From assembly GCA_001661245.1 (NCBI GenBank), contig KV454013.1, positions 1,086,502 to 1,150,501 on the forward strand: a stretch of DNA of 64,000 bases, given 5' to 3'. Below, in pieces: positions 20,569-33,700 of the stretch. Origin of the DNA: Pachysolen tannophilus NRRL Y-2460 (Eukaryota). Position 1 is the first letter of the stretch. Each line of letters opens with the position of its first letter. The translations under genes were made by a program, and so were the position numbers. The notes under the pieces were generated by a model. The model saw only the letters and a list, made by a program, of their open reading frames with translations, was not told where the DNA came from and ran no database searches.

Positions 20569-22821
20569 TTATTGTTTCACCACAACCCCAGCATCGTTGG
20601 CATTTTGAAGAATGTATTTCTTGTAGTCATTTATTGTACCGTTGAATCTCTTCACGGTTCCGTTCTCACTAACCCAAATTTCTTTACAAACTTTATCAAT
20701 AACTGCGACATCATGGGAAACCATTAATACACCACCTCCGAAATTATTTAAAGCTTCAGCTAAAGCGTCCAAACCAAATGTATCCAAATGATTTGAAGGT
20801 TCATCTAAGATTAAGATATGAGGGTTTGTTAAACATAATGCAGCAAATGCAACACGAGATTTTTGACCTCCCGATAGTGATTGCATTTTTTGTAAACCTA
20901 AAGAACCGGTGATACCAAATGAACCTAGATGACTACGGTATTCCTGGTCTGATTTACCAGGGTAAGTTTTTGCCATCCATGAGACTGCATCCAACGATAA
21001 GTCCATGGCGTCAACATGGTGTTGAGCAAAGTATCCGATTCTTAACCTTGGGTTTTTTGAAACAGAGCCCGATAAGGGAGTTAATTGCTCCATCAAGAGT
21101 TTCAAAAGGGTAGTTTTACCACAACCATTACCACCTACTAAGGCAATACGAGAATCCATCTGTATATCCATGTCGACATCTTTTAATAATAACTTATCCG
21201 GACTATATCCAAATGTAACTTCTTGTAATCTTAAAATCGGTGGAGATAATTTCTCTGGGTTTGGGAATTTGAAACTTACAGATTTGATCTCTTCTGGTGC
21301 CTCCAAGACAGGCAATTTTTCCAATTTTTTAATTCTTGATTGAGCTTCTGAAGATTTAGCTGCATTATATCTAAATTTATCAATAAACAGTTGTAAATGT
21401 TTCCTATATTCCATTTGGTTCTCATATTCTCTTTTTTGATTTTTTAATCGTTCTTCTCTTGTTGCGTAGAAAGAATCAAAGTTTGCACCCCTATAATAAT
21501 CTAATCTTTCAGAGTGTTGATGAATAATATCAGTAGCAACTTCATTTAAGAAAGCACGATCATGAGAAACAACAAGAACTGTAGAAGGATATGTTTGTAA
21601 ATATTTTGCCAAATAAGTGATAGAAGGAACATCCAACATATTAGAAGGTTCATCTAATAACAACAAGTCCGGTTTACAAAACAAAGCTCTTGCTAATGAT
21701 AATCTCATTCTCCAACCACCAGAAAACGATTTTGTCGGTACGCTTTGAGCCTCTTTAGAAAAACCTAATCCAAACAAAATGGAAGCAGCACGGGATTCAG
21801 CTTTATCACTCTCCATTTCAGATAACTTGGAATGCACTTCTTGTAAATGCAATTCTAAATCACCTGCTTCATTATCCAATTTTTTAACTTCTAATGAATC
21901 TGCTTCAAATTCTTTTTTCAACTCCTCAATTTCATTAATTCTTTCTGTTATCTTACTTTCCTCTGATAATAATTGTTTTCTCCATACATCAGCATCTAAG
22001 ACGGATTGTAAAGCTGGGTTATCATCACCTACAATTTCTTGTTCAACATGCAAAATTGTAATATGTTTTGGAACATTTAATTCTCTTCTTGATAAAGCTC
22101 TTAACAATGTGGATTTACCAATACCATTTTGACCAACTAAACCATATCTTCTACCATAGGCCAATGTCAACGAAGCATCACTCAAAATACGTTGACCTTG
22201 ACCAACATATAAATCGAAATTATCAATCTTAATATCCTTGGATTTACCAGCAGATGATCCAAAATCAATAGGGTTAATCTTCAAGAAAAATGATTCATAA
22301 TCTTCTTGTGATTGTTCATTCAACAATTTAGATGCTTCATATTTAACAAATTTATTAGCTCTCTTGGAAACTTTCTTGGCAATTTTAGCCTCTGCCTTCT
22401 CCAATTTCTTCTTATCAACTCTAGATTCCATCTTTCTTCCAGTATGCTCAATATCATTTGTAGATTGCAATAATGCTAAAGATGAAGTAATATCTCTCTG
22501 TTGACTATGAATCAAATTAATATCCAACAATCTTTTTGAAGTATCACCTGTTACTGATAATTTTGCCATATTTTCATTCAACTTATTGGTCAAATCCTGT
22601 ATCACTTTAGACGTCAACAACTCTACTTTCTCATAAGAACCTCCAGCACTGATCAACAACTGTTTAATAAATGAAACTTCTTTTCGTATATCCAACCTTT
22701 GAGCTAAAACCGAATCCTCGGTTGAATCCGAAACATACTGTATATATCCAGTCGCATAATCCGCTACCACGGGATCAATTGAAGGAACAGCTTGACGAAG
22801 CTGTAATCCAAGATTCGACAT
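20569..22821 (-). CDS. GCN20: ABCF protein Gcn20
   Basis: Two ABC domains (GQNGIGKST, FSGGWRMR; GGNGCGKTT, LSGGQKSR), no TM segments, Gcn20-like N-terminus. Confidence 0.93.
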   Translation of the reverse strand: MSNLGLQLRQAVPSIDPVVADYATGYIQYVSDSTEDSVLAQRLDIRKEVSFIKQLLISAGGSYEKVELLTSKVIQDLTNKLNENMAKLSVTGDTSKRLLDINLIHSQQRDITSSLALLQSTNDIEHTGRKMESRVDKKKLEKAEAKIAKKVSKRANKFVKYEASKLLNEQSQEDYESFFLKINPIDFGSSAGKSKDIKIDNFDLYVGQGQRILSDASLTLAYGRRYGLVGQNGIGKSTLLRALSRRELNVPKHITILHVEQEIVGDDNPALQSVLDADVWRKQLLSEESKITERINEIEELKKEFEADSLEVKKLDNEAGDLELHLQEVHSKLSEMESDKAESRAASILFGLGFSKEAQSVPTKSFSGGWRMRLSLARALFCKPDLLLLDEPSNMLDVPSITYLAKYLQTYPSTVLVVSHDRAFLNEVATDIIHQHSERLDYYRGANFDSFYATREERLKNQKREYENQMEYRKHLQLFIDKFRYNAAKSSEAQSRIKKLEKLPVLEAPEEIKSVSFKFPNPEKLSPPILRLQEVTFGYSPDKLLLKDVDMDIQMDSRIALVGGNGCGKTTLLKLLMEQLTPLSGSVSKNPRLRIGYFAQHHVDAMDLSLDAVSWMAKTYPGKSDQEYRSHLGSFGITGSLGLQKMQSLSGGQKSRVAFAALCLTNPHILILDEPSNHLDTFGLDALAEALNNFGGGVLMVSHDVAVIDKVCKEIWVSENGTVKRFNGTINDYKKYILQNANDAGVVVKQ

Positions 22822-22989
22822 ACCAAACTCTTTACTCTAGATCGATTACAAACTATATATCTGGAATTTTAAAAAATATTTAAAAAATCAATAATTCTTC
22901 TTTTCAAGAAGCTATTTTTCAATATTTGAAAAATTTTTCTATTATATTTAAGAAAAAAAAATTACACGACAAATGATATTTCAACTAAA

Positions 22990-25932
22990 CTAAACTAAAA
23001 TTAACTGAGCTCTTCTTTTACCAGTCAGTTCGTCCAACTTTGATTTCACTTCTACTTCGCACTTGTCAAAGATGTGGACAGTGCGCATTTTACCATTAGT
23101 GTCTTTAAATTTCAAACTGTAGTTGTTTTCATCGAATTCACTGGTATTGGCATCATTTGACAATTGATCTAATTTGATCAAACTTTCAACACCAAATTTA
23201 GGAACTAGGACAACTATACCATTGCTAAATATCTTGATAATGTAACCTTCTTGTTTGGATTCGTTATTTCTCATGACCTGACCAACATAGTATTCAATTG
23301 AGGCCCTACCTGCAAATTGTGCATTTCTATGACGTTTATTAATGTTTCTGACAATTAACTCCATCTTGTTCTTATCTCTATGGGAAGGGTCTAAAGTTTC
23401 GTAGCCTATTGCAGCTGCCAATTGTCTATGAGCAACAACGTCACAGTATCTTCTGATTGGAGAAGTAAAATGAGTGTAAATGTCCACGGCTAATCCATAA
23501 TGGCGGAATTCTGGGTAACTGTATGACCCTGAAGAGAAATATTCAGCTGCCATCATACAACGAGTAACCATAATTCTCAATAAGGTATTGAAATAAGGAT
23601 CTTCTGGGTCAACACATCTATCCAAAGAATCTGCAAGTGCCTTGGAACTTTCCAATGAAACGTACATCTTCTTACGAATAGTTAACATATTATTCAACGT
23701 TTCAAAATTTGTTGCAGGAGGAGGTGCATGTCTTCTCAACATTGCAGTTTGAGGGAAAGCATCATAAATCTTTCTTGCCACGGAGATATTTGCCAACAAC
23801 ATAAATTCTTCCACCAAGGAGTTAGTATCCAATAATTTTTTAATTTCAACTTCTCCAGGATCAGCAGTTTCACTATCCATGTAAACTTTTACTTCTGGAC
23901 TTGCTAAATTTAAAGCTCCAGCGTCAAGTCTTTTCTGTTTTAAAATTTTTGAAAGTTTTAACAACACCCTCATTCCTTCTGTTAAGTCATCCTTTTGAGA
24001 TGGATTGTCAATTCTGAGTTGAGCTTGCTCGTATGAGAAAGCTTCTCTTGATTTTATAATAGATTTGGTAAAATTGACATTAACGATATCAGCATTTTCA
24101 TCCAACTCCCAAAGAACACTGAATGCAAACCTATCAACATATGGTTTTAAAGAACATAAATCAGTACCTAATAACATTGGTAACATATCAATACGTTTAT
24201 CGACAAGATAAACAGAAGTACCTCTATTAGCACCTTCGTGATCTAAAGCAGTACCTGATTTTACAAAATTTGTGACATCTGCAATATGTACACCTACTTC
24301 ATAATTTCCATTAGGTAACTTAACCGCATGTAATGCATCATCAATATCAACACATCCTGGAGGATCTATCGAACAAACTAATTTATCTCTCAAATCTTTC
24401 CTCTTTTTAATGAACTCATCTGCTTGAAGATCAACTGGAACTTTCCAATCATGTCCTTCTTTTGGTAAACAATCCAAAACATTTTTCGAAAATGGACTAT
24501 ACTCAACATCATGTTCCAAAAGTAATGCTTCAGTTTCTGCTTCTGCGCTTTCAATTTCTCCAAGTGTTCTTACAAAATGACCCTCTGGATACTTGGAAGT
24601 TGAAGGCCACGAATCAACTCCAATAACAATTCTCTTTCCTTGTAATTCTTTTGCTCTTCTAGTTCTAATTCTAATCTTTGGTAAAGTTCTATCCATTAAT
24701 ATAACAAAACATGATTTAGGAGCATTACCAGTATGGCTTTGATTAATAGAATTTGGAGCGATTTGACCAACATATAATCTCCAACTTCTCTTAATGATTC
24801 CAACAACCCTACCAGTTGGTTGAATCTCTTTACTATTTTGAGCTTCTATAGCTTCTTGAGTCAATAATCTTCTTTCTTGGTCACTTATTATGATTTCGTT
24901 ATCTTCATTATCGGCAACATCATTTTTATTAATGACCTCATCATCAACAATTGTAGATGATGGTTTCCTCCACTTGTCTCTAGGCAACAATTCAACCACA
25001 CATAAATCACCATTAAAAGCTCTATTCAAATTTTCACGTCCAATAACCAATAAAGGTTTAGGTAATGATGGTACTGAAACAGATCCTTCCAAGAAATTAT
25101 AGGATGAAATTGTGATGGATCCCTGATACAAAGTTCCATTTTTAATACCACCATTTATTCTTGATGTGGAAAAATATTCAGGATAAGAAACCTCATTTGG
25201 TCTAGAGAAATCGTTTGAAAATTCTGATGGAACTAAATCTCTCAATTCATCTGCATTGGGTAATAATTCAACATAATCTGATAAAGTCTTTGTTATTATA
25301 TTTTCATTCAATGCTTTTGATAAATTATTTCTATCGTTTGTCAATAATACAACATTTATCCCAACATCGCTTAAATGCTTCAGGTAAAACTTTGCCACTT
25401 CTCTAATCAATCTATCATTGTAATCATTAATCGATTCATCCTTATTTCTATTTAAAAAAGTCTCTTCTTTAAATTCATTATGGAAAACAATAAATCTTTT
25501 CTCTTCATTCTTACACAAAGCCCTAACTCTTAAATATATCGGAAAACTCTTATTCCTAACTTCTTCCAAAGCTGTTTGTGGAATAATAACATCATAAAAG
25601 GACAAATTACTTTCAATAAGATCAATAGCACTTAATATAATATTTGTGTCCAAAATCAAATAATGTTTTCCAATTTTCCCATTTTTCAAAAACAACGGAT
25701 CAGTTTCCAAAACAAAATTAGGAAATTCTCCTTGAGCATTCAGTTTAACAATATTAGGACATCTCTTACAACTCTTGGATAAGCACGGTATATCATTTCT
25801 TAAATAATGTTCTCTAACAACTTTAGTAGCACCACCATTTCTCGACCTCACAAAAACTTTTTGAGTTACAGTTAACCCAGAAGAAAGCCGTTTCTTAGGA
25901 TTACCACTAACCGCCGTCTCAATAGCTGACAT
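22990..25932 (-). CDS. DIS3: Exosome catalytic subunit Dis3/Rrp44
   Basis: PIN domain (LDTN), RNB domain ([24 protein letters not shown]). ATG at 25932; the longer ORF-track start is upstream non-coding sequence. Confidence 0.95.
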   Translation of the reverse strand: MSAIETAVSGNPKKRLSSGLTVTQKVFVRSRNGGATKVVREHYLRNDIPCLSKSCKRCPNIVKLNAQGEFPNFVLETDPLFLKNGKIGKHYLILDTNIILSAIDLIESNLSFYDVIIPQTALEEVRNKSFPIYLRVRALCKNEEKRFIVFHNEFKEETFLNRNKDESINDYNDRLIREVAKFYLKHLSDVGINVVLLTNDRNNLSKALNENIITKTLSDYVELLPNADELRDLVPSEFSNDFSRPNEVSYPEYFSTSRINGGIKNGTLYQGSITISSYNFLEGSVSVPSLPKPLLVIGRENLNRAFNGDLCVVELLPRDKWRKPSSTIVDDEVINKNDVADNEDNEIIISDQERRLLTQEAIEAQNSKEIQPTGRVVGIIKRSWRLYVGQIAPNSINQSHTGNAPKSCFVILMDRTLPKIRIRTRRAKELQGKRIVIGVDSWPSTSKYPEGHFVRTLGEIESAEAETEALLLEHDVEYSPFSKNVLDCLPKEGHDWKVPVDLQADEFIKKRKDLRDKLVCSIDPPGCVDIDDALHAVKLPNGNYEVGVHIADVTNFVKSGTALDHEGANRGTSVYLVDKRIDMLPMLLGTDLCSLKPYVDRFAFSVLWELDENADIVNVNFTKSIIKSREAFSYEQAQLRIDNPSQKDDLTEGMRVLLKLSKILKQKRLDAGALNLASPEVKVYMDSETADPGEVEIKKLLDTNSLVEEFMLLANISVARKIYDAFPQTAMLRRHAPPPATNFETLNNMLTIRKKMYVSLESSKALADSLDRCVDPEDPYFNTLLRIMVTRCMMAAEYFSSGSYSYPEFRHYGLAVDIYTHFTSPIRRYCDVVAHRQLAAAIGYETLDPSHRDKNKMELIVRNINKRHRNAQFAGRASIEYYVGQVMRNNESKQEGYIIKIFSNGIVVLVPKFGVESLIKLDQLSNDANTSEFDENNYSLKFKDTNGKMRTVHIFDKCEVEVKSKLDELTGKRRAQLILV

Positions 25933-26402
25933 CTTCAATTTCTTTACCCTTTTCAAGAAACCTTTAATTCCAATATCATCCACAAGAATGAATAAATGAA
26001 TTTGAAAAACAGAGATGTGGTGAAAAATTCTAGCTATTACCTCTTTAAGACTTTGGTTTTGAAGCGCACGACAACTTTCATTTTGCCCATTTGACAAAGA
26101 CAGTGATAAAGACAATGATAACGAGTAGAAAAGAATTGGAAGATCATTCATTGAGAGATACCGGAATCTACAAGATATGTTTGTAAACAATGAGAGGTAT
26201 ATTCCAAATATATATACATGCACTTTCAGGAATACAATGTTGTTGAAAAAGGCAACAACATCAACAACAACAACAAGAACTACAATAAAGAAAAAAAAAG
26301 AAAATAAAATAAAAGGAAAAGAAACAACTAAAAAACATAAAGAGAAAACCACATAAAAGCAAGAGTCCAAACCCGATTATGAATGTAATGGCAGTTTAAA
26401 GA

Positions 26403-28055
26403 TTAATCTACCCATTCCAAGTATTCTTCTCCAAACTTTGAACCTTTAGTTTTTCTATCCAATACGTTGACAAGCTTTGTTCTGACACCGATTCTACCAC
26501 GGTACTTTTTGATAAAGTATTTGATAGCTTCTGATTTTGTGACTGAATACTGTCTATTGCTTCCATCGTTACCTGTAATGTAATCTTTGATTTCCAGTTG
26601 GGATGGTAAACCATTATGGAATGGATACTCGTTGTAAGTTCTGTGGAAATAATTTTCAATTCCTATACTTGATAATACTGCACCTCTAGCATTGGCATTG
26701 GAAGAGTCAAGTTCTGAATTTGATTTTTGTTTCAATTTTTCTGATGGTGATAATAAATCCAAATTATCAAACGAACCTTCTGAAAGTTTGATCATTTCAG
26801 GAGATACTGTCAATAATTTATTTAAAATTTCTGAAGGAACTTTGTCGACTGAAGGGTACTTAAATTTTGGAATTTTATCTTCTGGATTTTTTGACTTACT
26901 ATTAATCAATCTTTTCGAAATACATTCATTAAAATCGGATAATTCAGGGTTAATCATCATATTTGTTGCCAATATCAATTCATTCTTGATAGCTTCATAT
27001 ATATTTGTCTTTGAAGATCTTTTCAACATTTCGAAAATTAAGTTTAAAGAAACTGGTGATCTTGTTGAAAATTTTTGTAAAATTTCCTTAGAAAATTCAG
27101 AACCATCTTTTTCTAAAGATTTAATAACATCCACCACAGAATTATGTGTTGTTGGATTAAAACATTTTTCAATGGTTAACAATTGTTCTTTAGAATATTT
27201 AAATTGATAATCTTCAGGAATTGGGTCTACAAATTCTTCAATTGTTTCATTAATAATTGGATAAAGTTCTTTAATGTTTCTCTTTCCCAATTCAGATTCT
27301 TTCATTGGTTTATCTTTAGGGTTAACTTCAGGAGCAATAGCTGGTAATTCTAAACCTGTTAATCTTTCCTTTAACAGGTTAAATCTTTCAAAAGGTACAT
27401 AATGTGTACCAAACCCAGCCAAAAATGAATCAATACCATGTAATTCATCTCCTGTTAATGCCAAATAATATCCCAAATAACCATCCATTCTACTAAGATA
27501 AAAACTAGTACCAACATCTGAAAAAAATCCAATATTAGCTTCTGGCATGGCAAATCTAGTAGTTTCACATACAATTCTAAATGGATTATGTACAGATACA
27601 CCAACACCTCCACCCATAACTATCCCATTGACAAATGAAACAACTGGTTTATTATAAGTTGAAAGCAAAAAATTCAAATTATATTCAAGATTGAAAAATT
27701 CAACAGATTTCAAATTTTCATTTTGTAAATTGTCCTTTGCACATTGAATAACATCACCTCCAGAACAATAAGCCCTCTCAGAATTAGAATTAATAATTAC
27801 CAAATTGGCAACCTCAGAAACAGAATACTCCTTCAAACGTGGAGTGATCTCCTTGCACATCTGTGTGGATAAAGCATTAAGTTTCGAAACCCTATTCAAA
27901 GTAATAACTCTGGCCTGATTTTCATTATGAAATAAAACTTCATCCGATGCTAACATCTTGGAACAAGACTGGAAAAACCTCTTATTACAAATAACAAAAT
28001 TGCTTCTTCTAGATGTCAATAAAACAGGCTTCCGGAAAACAACTTGCAACATCAT
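26403..28055 (-). CDS. EHD3: Mitochondrial 3-hydroxyisobutyryl-CoA hydrolase / mitoribosomal protein Ehd3
   Basis: TLNRVSKLNAL, YCSGGD, GIVMGGGVG, FAMPEANIGFFSDVG; presequence-like N-terminus. Confidence 0.9.
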   Translation of the reverse strand: MMLQVVFRKPVLLTSRRSNFVICNKRFFQSCSKMLASDEVLFHNENQARVITLNRVSKLNALSTQMCKEITPRLKEYSVSEVANLVIINSNSERAYCSGGDVIQCAKDNLQNENLKSVEFFNLEYNLNFLLSTYNKPVVSFVNGIVMGGGVGVSVHNPFRIVCETTRFAMPEANIGFFSDVGTSFYLSRMDGYLGYYLALTGDELHGIDSFLAGFGTHYVPFERFNLLKERLTGLELPAIAPEVNPKDKPMKESELGKRNIKELYPIINETIEEFVDPIPEDYQFKYSKEQLLTIEKCFNPTTHNSVVDVIKSLEKDGSEFSKEILQKFSTRSPVSLNLIFEMLKRSSKTNIYEAIKNELILATNMMINPELSDFNECISKRLINSKSKNPEDKIPKFKYPSVDKVPSEILNKLLTVSPEMIKLSEGSFDNLDLLSPSEKLKQKSNSELDSSNANARGAVLSSIGIENYFHRTYNEYPFHNGLPSQLEIKDYITGNDGSNRQYSVTKSEAIKYFIKKYRGRIGVRTKLVNVLDRKTKGSKFGEEYLEWVD

Positions 28056-28294
28056 ATATATATATATACACCCGGTTGTGGCTTTTCAATTTTCAATACT
28101 AAATCTTAGTTTCTAACTTCTTAAAACTTGAGGAGTAAAAAACCACCACCTTCATTTTTTATATTTTCCATATTTTCCATATTTTCTCGGTTCAATGAAG
28201 GAAGTTTTGAAGAAAAAAAAAAAAAAAAAATTAAAAAAGAAAAATCAAGCAAAAACACGGTCAAACAAAGCAAAGAAAAAATGGCAGATAATAA

Positions 28295-28397
28295 AGTGGT
28301 GTGAGGTGTAAGTTAAAATGGTGCGGGACTTTTAGCTAGGTGGTGTAAGTGGTGTGGGATGCTACGTTTAAAGTGGTGTGAGTGGTGTAAGTGGTGT
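28295..28397 (+). repeat. Cluster of six GTGGTGT motifs (about 9-bp unit AGTGGTGTR)
   Basis: Copies near 28295, 28339, 28348, 28372, 28381 and 28390. Confidence 0.7.
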
Positions 28398-28505
28398 CAT
28401 AAGAAGGTAAGTATGCATATTATATATATATATATATATAAGTCTAGTTTGTTTTTATCTTTTTTGGTTTATTTATCATCTATAAGAGGGCATAAGCATA
28501 ATAAT

Positions 28506-29594
28506 CTAGTATGAGTTGTCGTTAAAGTCGACTTTTTTCTTTTGTGTAACGTCGAGGTTTGGTCTTTTGATTCTGTTGTACAATAAGACGTTTTCATCAA
28601 AAATGAAATCCCAAGTTACTTTACACCAACTTTCGTGTCTAGGTAATGGGTCATAGAATTCTCTTGCTAGTTTACGAAGTTGGGGTAACTTGGACCATGC
28701 GACAAAGGGGAAATCATGGTGCTCGTTGTGGTATCCGACATTCCATGTGAGCATGTTTAAAATCCCATAGTAAGAGTAAGTCTCTAAAGGTGGGACATCT
28801 TTATAATTTATATATGACTCTGGAGGATTAAAAATATAATGTTCTGCCACAAAATGTCCAGCACAAGGATGTAATGAACCTGCCAAAAATGAACTCAACA
28901 ATAAGTAGAGCAAGAAATTCCAGCCAAATAAGGAAACCACTATAATGTCAAATGTCAATTGTACCAAGACATTTAACAAGTGAATTATAGTGAATTGGAT
29001 CTGAGTAATAAACATTGGCCTTAACGCGTAGAAAAAAATTTGGAAAGTAGCGAAAAAAGCCTTCCCAAGTACGTTTGAAAAGAAAACCGCCTCGTAGTAT
29101 GTGGGTAAATCGGTGTCAAATAATTCATCACCTAAAAACTTGTGATGTAATTGATGATATGGTTGAAAAGAAGCACTATACGGTATACCAATAGGTAAGT
29201 TGACCACTATTGAAAAAAGCCTATTGTTAATCGGTTTCTTGAATCCCAAGTTATGGCACAATTCATGAATCGCCAAGAAACAATTTTGATTTGCAGTAGC
29301 ACCTATAACGTACAGTAACCCCCAAAATTTTAAAGACCAAAAACTCGTGTTTCGAAGAGAATAAGCAGTAACCATTTGTAACAAAACAACAAATATACAA
29401 ATATACTTTGTCATTGGCTCATGTCCACAAAGCTTTGTTACCTCTGGGTGTTTTTTAATAATCTGTTTCCTTCTCAAGACATGCGGTTCCGCATGTTTTG
29501 TCCAATAAAAATCTAAATTTGAAGAAACTGCTTCTGGCGGAACACCTTCATGAACTGTCTTCGAAGCCCTATGAATGATCTTGGATGAAGACAT
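28506..29594 (-). CDS. DES1: Sphingolipid delta-4 desaturase
   Basis: EPHVLRRKQIIKKHPEV and three His boxes HELCH, YHQLHH, HNEHHDFP. ATG at 29594. Confidence 0.93.
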   Translation of the reverse strand: MSSSKIIHRASKTVHEGVPPEAVSSNLDFYWTKHAEPHVLRRKQIIKKHPEVTKLCGHEPMTKYICIFVVLLQMVTAYSLRNTSFWSLKFWGLLYVIGATANQNCFLAIHELCHNLGFKKPINNRLFSIVVNLPIGIPYSASFQPYHQLHHKFLGDELFDTDLPTYYEAVFFSNVLGKAFFATFQIFFYALRPMFITQIQFTIIHLLNVLVQLTFDIIVVSLFGWNFLLYLLLSSFLAGSLHPCAGHFVAEHYIFNPPESYINYKDVPPLETYSYYGILNMLTWNVGYHNEHHDFPFVAWSKLPQLRKLAREFYDPLPRHESWCKVTWDFIFDENVLLYNRIKRPNLDVTQKKKVDFNDNSY

Positions 29595-30112
29595 CCTCAA
29601 AAAAAAAAAAAAGAAAAAAAAGAAGATAATAAAATGGATCAATAGAAGAATAGATATATATATTCCCAACACTGTAAAATATATATCACAACCACCTATT
29701 TACTATTTCTTATTTCTTATTTCTTATTTATATTTTATATACAAAATTGAAATTTTTGTCGTATACTGAAATTTTATCAAGTGATTTTTTTGCCAAAAAA
29801 TTTGTTTACGAAACCCATATATATATCTATATATATGATCAAATATTCACATAGAGAGTAGCTCAAGTAATCAATAAGACCTTTTTCCTATATCTTTCTT
29901 AACTAATTGAATCCAATTGTATTGATAGTAATATATCTTTGAGTACTTGTTAAATTTGTAATTATTCAAATTTGACATACATAGCCTGGAATATCACGTA
30001 TATATAAAAAAGAAAATTTTTCCATGTTTCTGCCCATAAGTTGGTTTCATTAATTAATTAATTAATTAATCTGTGATAGAAAAGAGATAGAGAGCGAGTT
30101 AGATAGTGGAAG

Positions 30113-30370
30113 ATGTTCATCACCAACTGTTACAAGTATTACTTTTACCATTTGCCATATTATATGTTGACCAAAAATGAAAGTTTGGTGTTGCATTTGA
30201 TTATTTGTTTATTGCTAATGTTAGTTCTGTATAGCATATTTAAACCGACTTATTTGATTTTGACGAACGTTAACAAGATTTCGAATGTTGCCGAATATTT
30301 ACATGGCGCTTATCTCAACAGTTATGAATTGAGTGCTCTTTCTGATTTTTTCTTTGAAACGGTGTATTAA
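30113..30370 (+). CDS. Probable serine palmitoyltransferase small subunit (Tsc3/ssSPT-like)
   Basis: YKYYFYHLPYYMLTKNESLVLH followed by a TM segment resembles the recalled Tsc3 core YWTYYIHLPFYLMASFDSFFLH. Confidence 0.65.
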   Translation: MFITNCYKYYFYHLPYYMLTKNESLVLHLIICLLLMLVLYSIFKPTYLILTNVNKISNVAEYLHGAYLNSYELSALSDFFFETVY

Positions 30371-30721
30371 TTTGATATTAGTAAGAACCAGAGTACTTTG
30401 AAGTACTTGCGGAAGTCCTTTTTTTTTTTTTTTTTTTCATTTTCATTTTGGTGTTTGATTATTGCTCGAATTAGAGAAGCGTTTTATCAGAGAAAGAAGA
30501 GGTGGATTCTGGAGAAGAAAAGATGATGTATATTAGTTAGTTTGCTTGGTTTACTTTTTTTTTTTTTTTTGTATTTATTGTTAAGCTTTTTATTTATTTC
30601 TAATCATATATATATATATATGTATATTGACATTTTGGTTGTCACCACTCTTTTGATAAATGCTATTTTGATTTTTAAAGAATTTAATTTCTACTGTAAG
30701 AAATCGGGAAGAAAGACATAC

Positions 30722-33700
30722 TCAGACATCACCGCTGTGATTATCAAAATCACTATCCGGTGCATGAGAATGTTTACCGTGTCTTGATCTTGATCTACTT
30801 GAGCCATGACCGATTTTCTTGAAATTAAAAGAAAACCTACTTTGTCTGTCTTTTGAAGACTTCTTTGTAGTGTCTTCTTCTTCGTCTGACGATAAGAACA
30901 CCATTGTTTCCTGCTCCAAATCTTGTGGTGATAGTGAATAGGTTCCTGGTTGCCTAGCGCTATTATCACGAGAAAGTTGAAAACTTCTTCTTGCTGGAAC
31001 CGCAGGTGCTGGTACTTGTTCTTGTGCCCGCGCCTGTGCCTGAGACTGTGCTTGAGACTGTGCTTGAGACTGTGCTTGAGTTTGAGTTTGAGTTTGCGCT
31101 TGCAATTGCGAGGCCGCTGGTGCTTCTGCAACCGCAGATGATTGTGCCTTCACAGGTGCTGGTATATGTGCGCCCACTGACATGGTCTCTGGCCCTTGCA
31201 AAGTTGATGCTATTGGTCTCTGGTCCAAAGCATCAAACGAACGTCTTTGAGACTCGATAGAATGACGAGGAGACGACTTCAGAGAGGAAGATTTTTTCAA
31301 TGATTGACGTCTGGCCGGTAGTTTCGGTGGCTTTGAATCAAATGGTGAATACTGTTCTTGCTCCTGTTTTTGTTGCTGCTTCAACAGCTCCTGATGTTTT
31401 TGCTTTTGCTTTTGTTGCTGTAACAGTTTTTTTTTCTGTTTCAATGACGACAAGCGCTTAGGAATAGAGCTTTTATTCCCTTCTTCTAACTCGTCTTCGT
31501 CTTCGTCTTCATAATCATCATAAAAATCGTGACCATAGTTACCTTCCTCATGTTCTCTATAGTTGTCGTTTTCAAAATCTTCATCAAAATTAACTGATTG
31601 TAACTCTAAATCAGTAGACGATAGAGGAAGTTTTTTAATGATCTCTCTTTGCATATTAGTTAATGGAATACCAATCTGATCTAACTCTTTATCAGTAACG
31701 TATTTTTTAACATTCTGCTCTTTTTGTTGTGATCCATTGTTGAAAGATTTATTATTTTGATAAAACGATTTGATATCGCTCTCATTAAAATTTTCTGAAC
31801 TAGATAACAAGTCTTTTTTCATTGAATCAGTCTGGTTTTTAGATAACTTTATGTTCAATTTGGCAAATGCATTATCCAACAGTGTATCTCCAGATAAAAT
31901 TGGCATCTCTCTAACTTTCAATTCAGAGCGATTATCATCTTCACTAGCATCTTCGCCACCAACAAAATCACTAGTTTCTTCATCACGAGAAATCAGAGAA
32001 ATATCGTCCGATTCTAATTCTTTTGTAGTTACATTAATATCGCTATTTTTCTTTTGCTCTTTGTCATCATCCTGCGAGGAAGACAGCTTGTTCTCGTTAA
32101 CTTTGTTACTTCCAGAATCTGGTACAACAAATGCTGGTGAATGCTTTTCCTGTAAAATAGGAGTGGCATTTTTATTAAGATTAGTATCAACCTTAGCCAA
32201 TTCAAGTCTATGACTTTGTTCAGGGGTCCCACTAACCGATTTGACCTTATTGCTGGCTACAGTAAATTGACCCCATGGATTCTTAAGCCCTTCATTAGTT
32301 TGAATTTGAACAGGGTTAGTTGGTGCATTAGTACTCGAATTTCTAGATAAATTATGCGAATGTATACCAGACTGTTGTTGTTGTTGTTGCAGCTGTAGCG
32401 GCTGTAACGGCTGTTGCTGAAGGTAGCTAGTACTTGAGTCCATAATAACTGATTGTGGTTGAGAATGTTGAGGTACTGCATTCGAAGGTGGAAAAGGATT
32501 ATATAACTTTCTTCTTGAAAATTGTGGGTCATTGACAAGTTGCAGATGTTGAGATTCGCCAGTTAAAGTTTGTTGATCACTCACGTCTTGGTCGAAATTA
32601 TTATTTCCCAGTGCCACAGCCATATTATTGCTGTTATTATTATTCATTTTTCTAGATTTAATGATATCGTCTATGAAATTAGCATTCACTGTACTAGGCT
32701 GTTGTTGTGCAGATTGACTAATATCCAGCAGTGTATCAAATGGAGAATGAGATTTTCTTCTCAGATAGGGATGAAGCGACGATGAAGACGACTCAAATTG
32801 AACGGGAATTACCGGTTGAGTTTGTGATGGTACTTGAGCAGAAGGTTGTTGTAACTCTTGATGAAACTGTTGGAGATGTTGTTGCATCCGTTGCTGTTGC
32901 TGAAGTTGTTGTACCTGTAGCATTTGTTGATACAGTAACTGCTGTTGTTGTAGCTGCAGATGCTGCAGTTGTTGCAGTTGTTGCTGCTTATATACTTTCT
33001 GCTGATACTGCTGATACTGTAATTCTTGAACTTGTTTTGGAGTCAATGTGTAAACTACAGGCTGTTGTTGAAGCTGTTGTTGTTGGGATACATTCAGCTT
33101 CTGTTCTTTTGGAGTATCTGGTATTTTGTCAAGTGTAGGAAATCTCTCTTCAATATCTTCTACGTTTTCTAAAGCATCATTGTCATCATCATTATAAACT
33201 TCGTTTTTGTTTTCAACTTTTTCTTTAAAATCATCATCATCATCATGTTCACTTCCCATATGAATCGATTTTTCTGATTTTCTACCGCTGCTCAGCATAG
33301 TTGTAGTACTGCTACTTCTTTCAATATTCAGTAATGTGGAAGCATTTTCCTCGACACTTCCTGATTTACTGACTTGCAAAGGAGGATTAGTAATTTCCAG
33401 CGAAATACTATGAACTGTATGTTGTGATGGATTGTATTCGTGCAGATAAAATTCCTGTTTTTGCTGTTGACTTAATTGCTGATAATACTCTTGTGGTTGA
33501 TTTTGTTTCTGCAGTTGTTGCAGTTTTTGAGATTGCAGATCGACTAAGAATTGTTCTGGAGGGGTATATTTGATTTCTGGGAATTTGTACTCTCCTAATC
33601 CATAGAAATCATCAATCTTTGCAACTTCTTCTTCTGGGAGCTTTATCATTTTTGCTATATCATACAACACTTGTACTATATTAGGCCTATGATCTGGATT

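Noticed and set aside
25933..26370. N-terminal hydrophobic extension of DIS3 in the ORF track
   Set aside because: Begins at a non-ATG codon and translates low-complexity intergenic DNA. Homology starts at ATG 25932, and RRPE/PAC-like motifs lie inside the extension.
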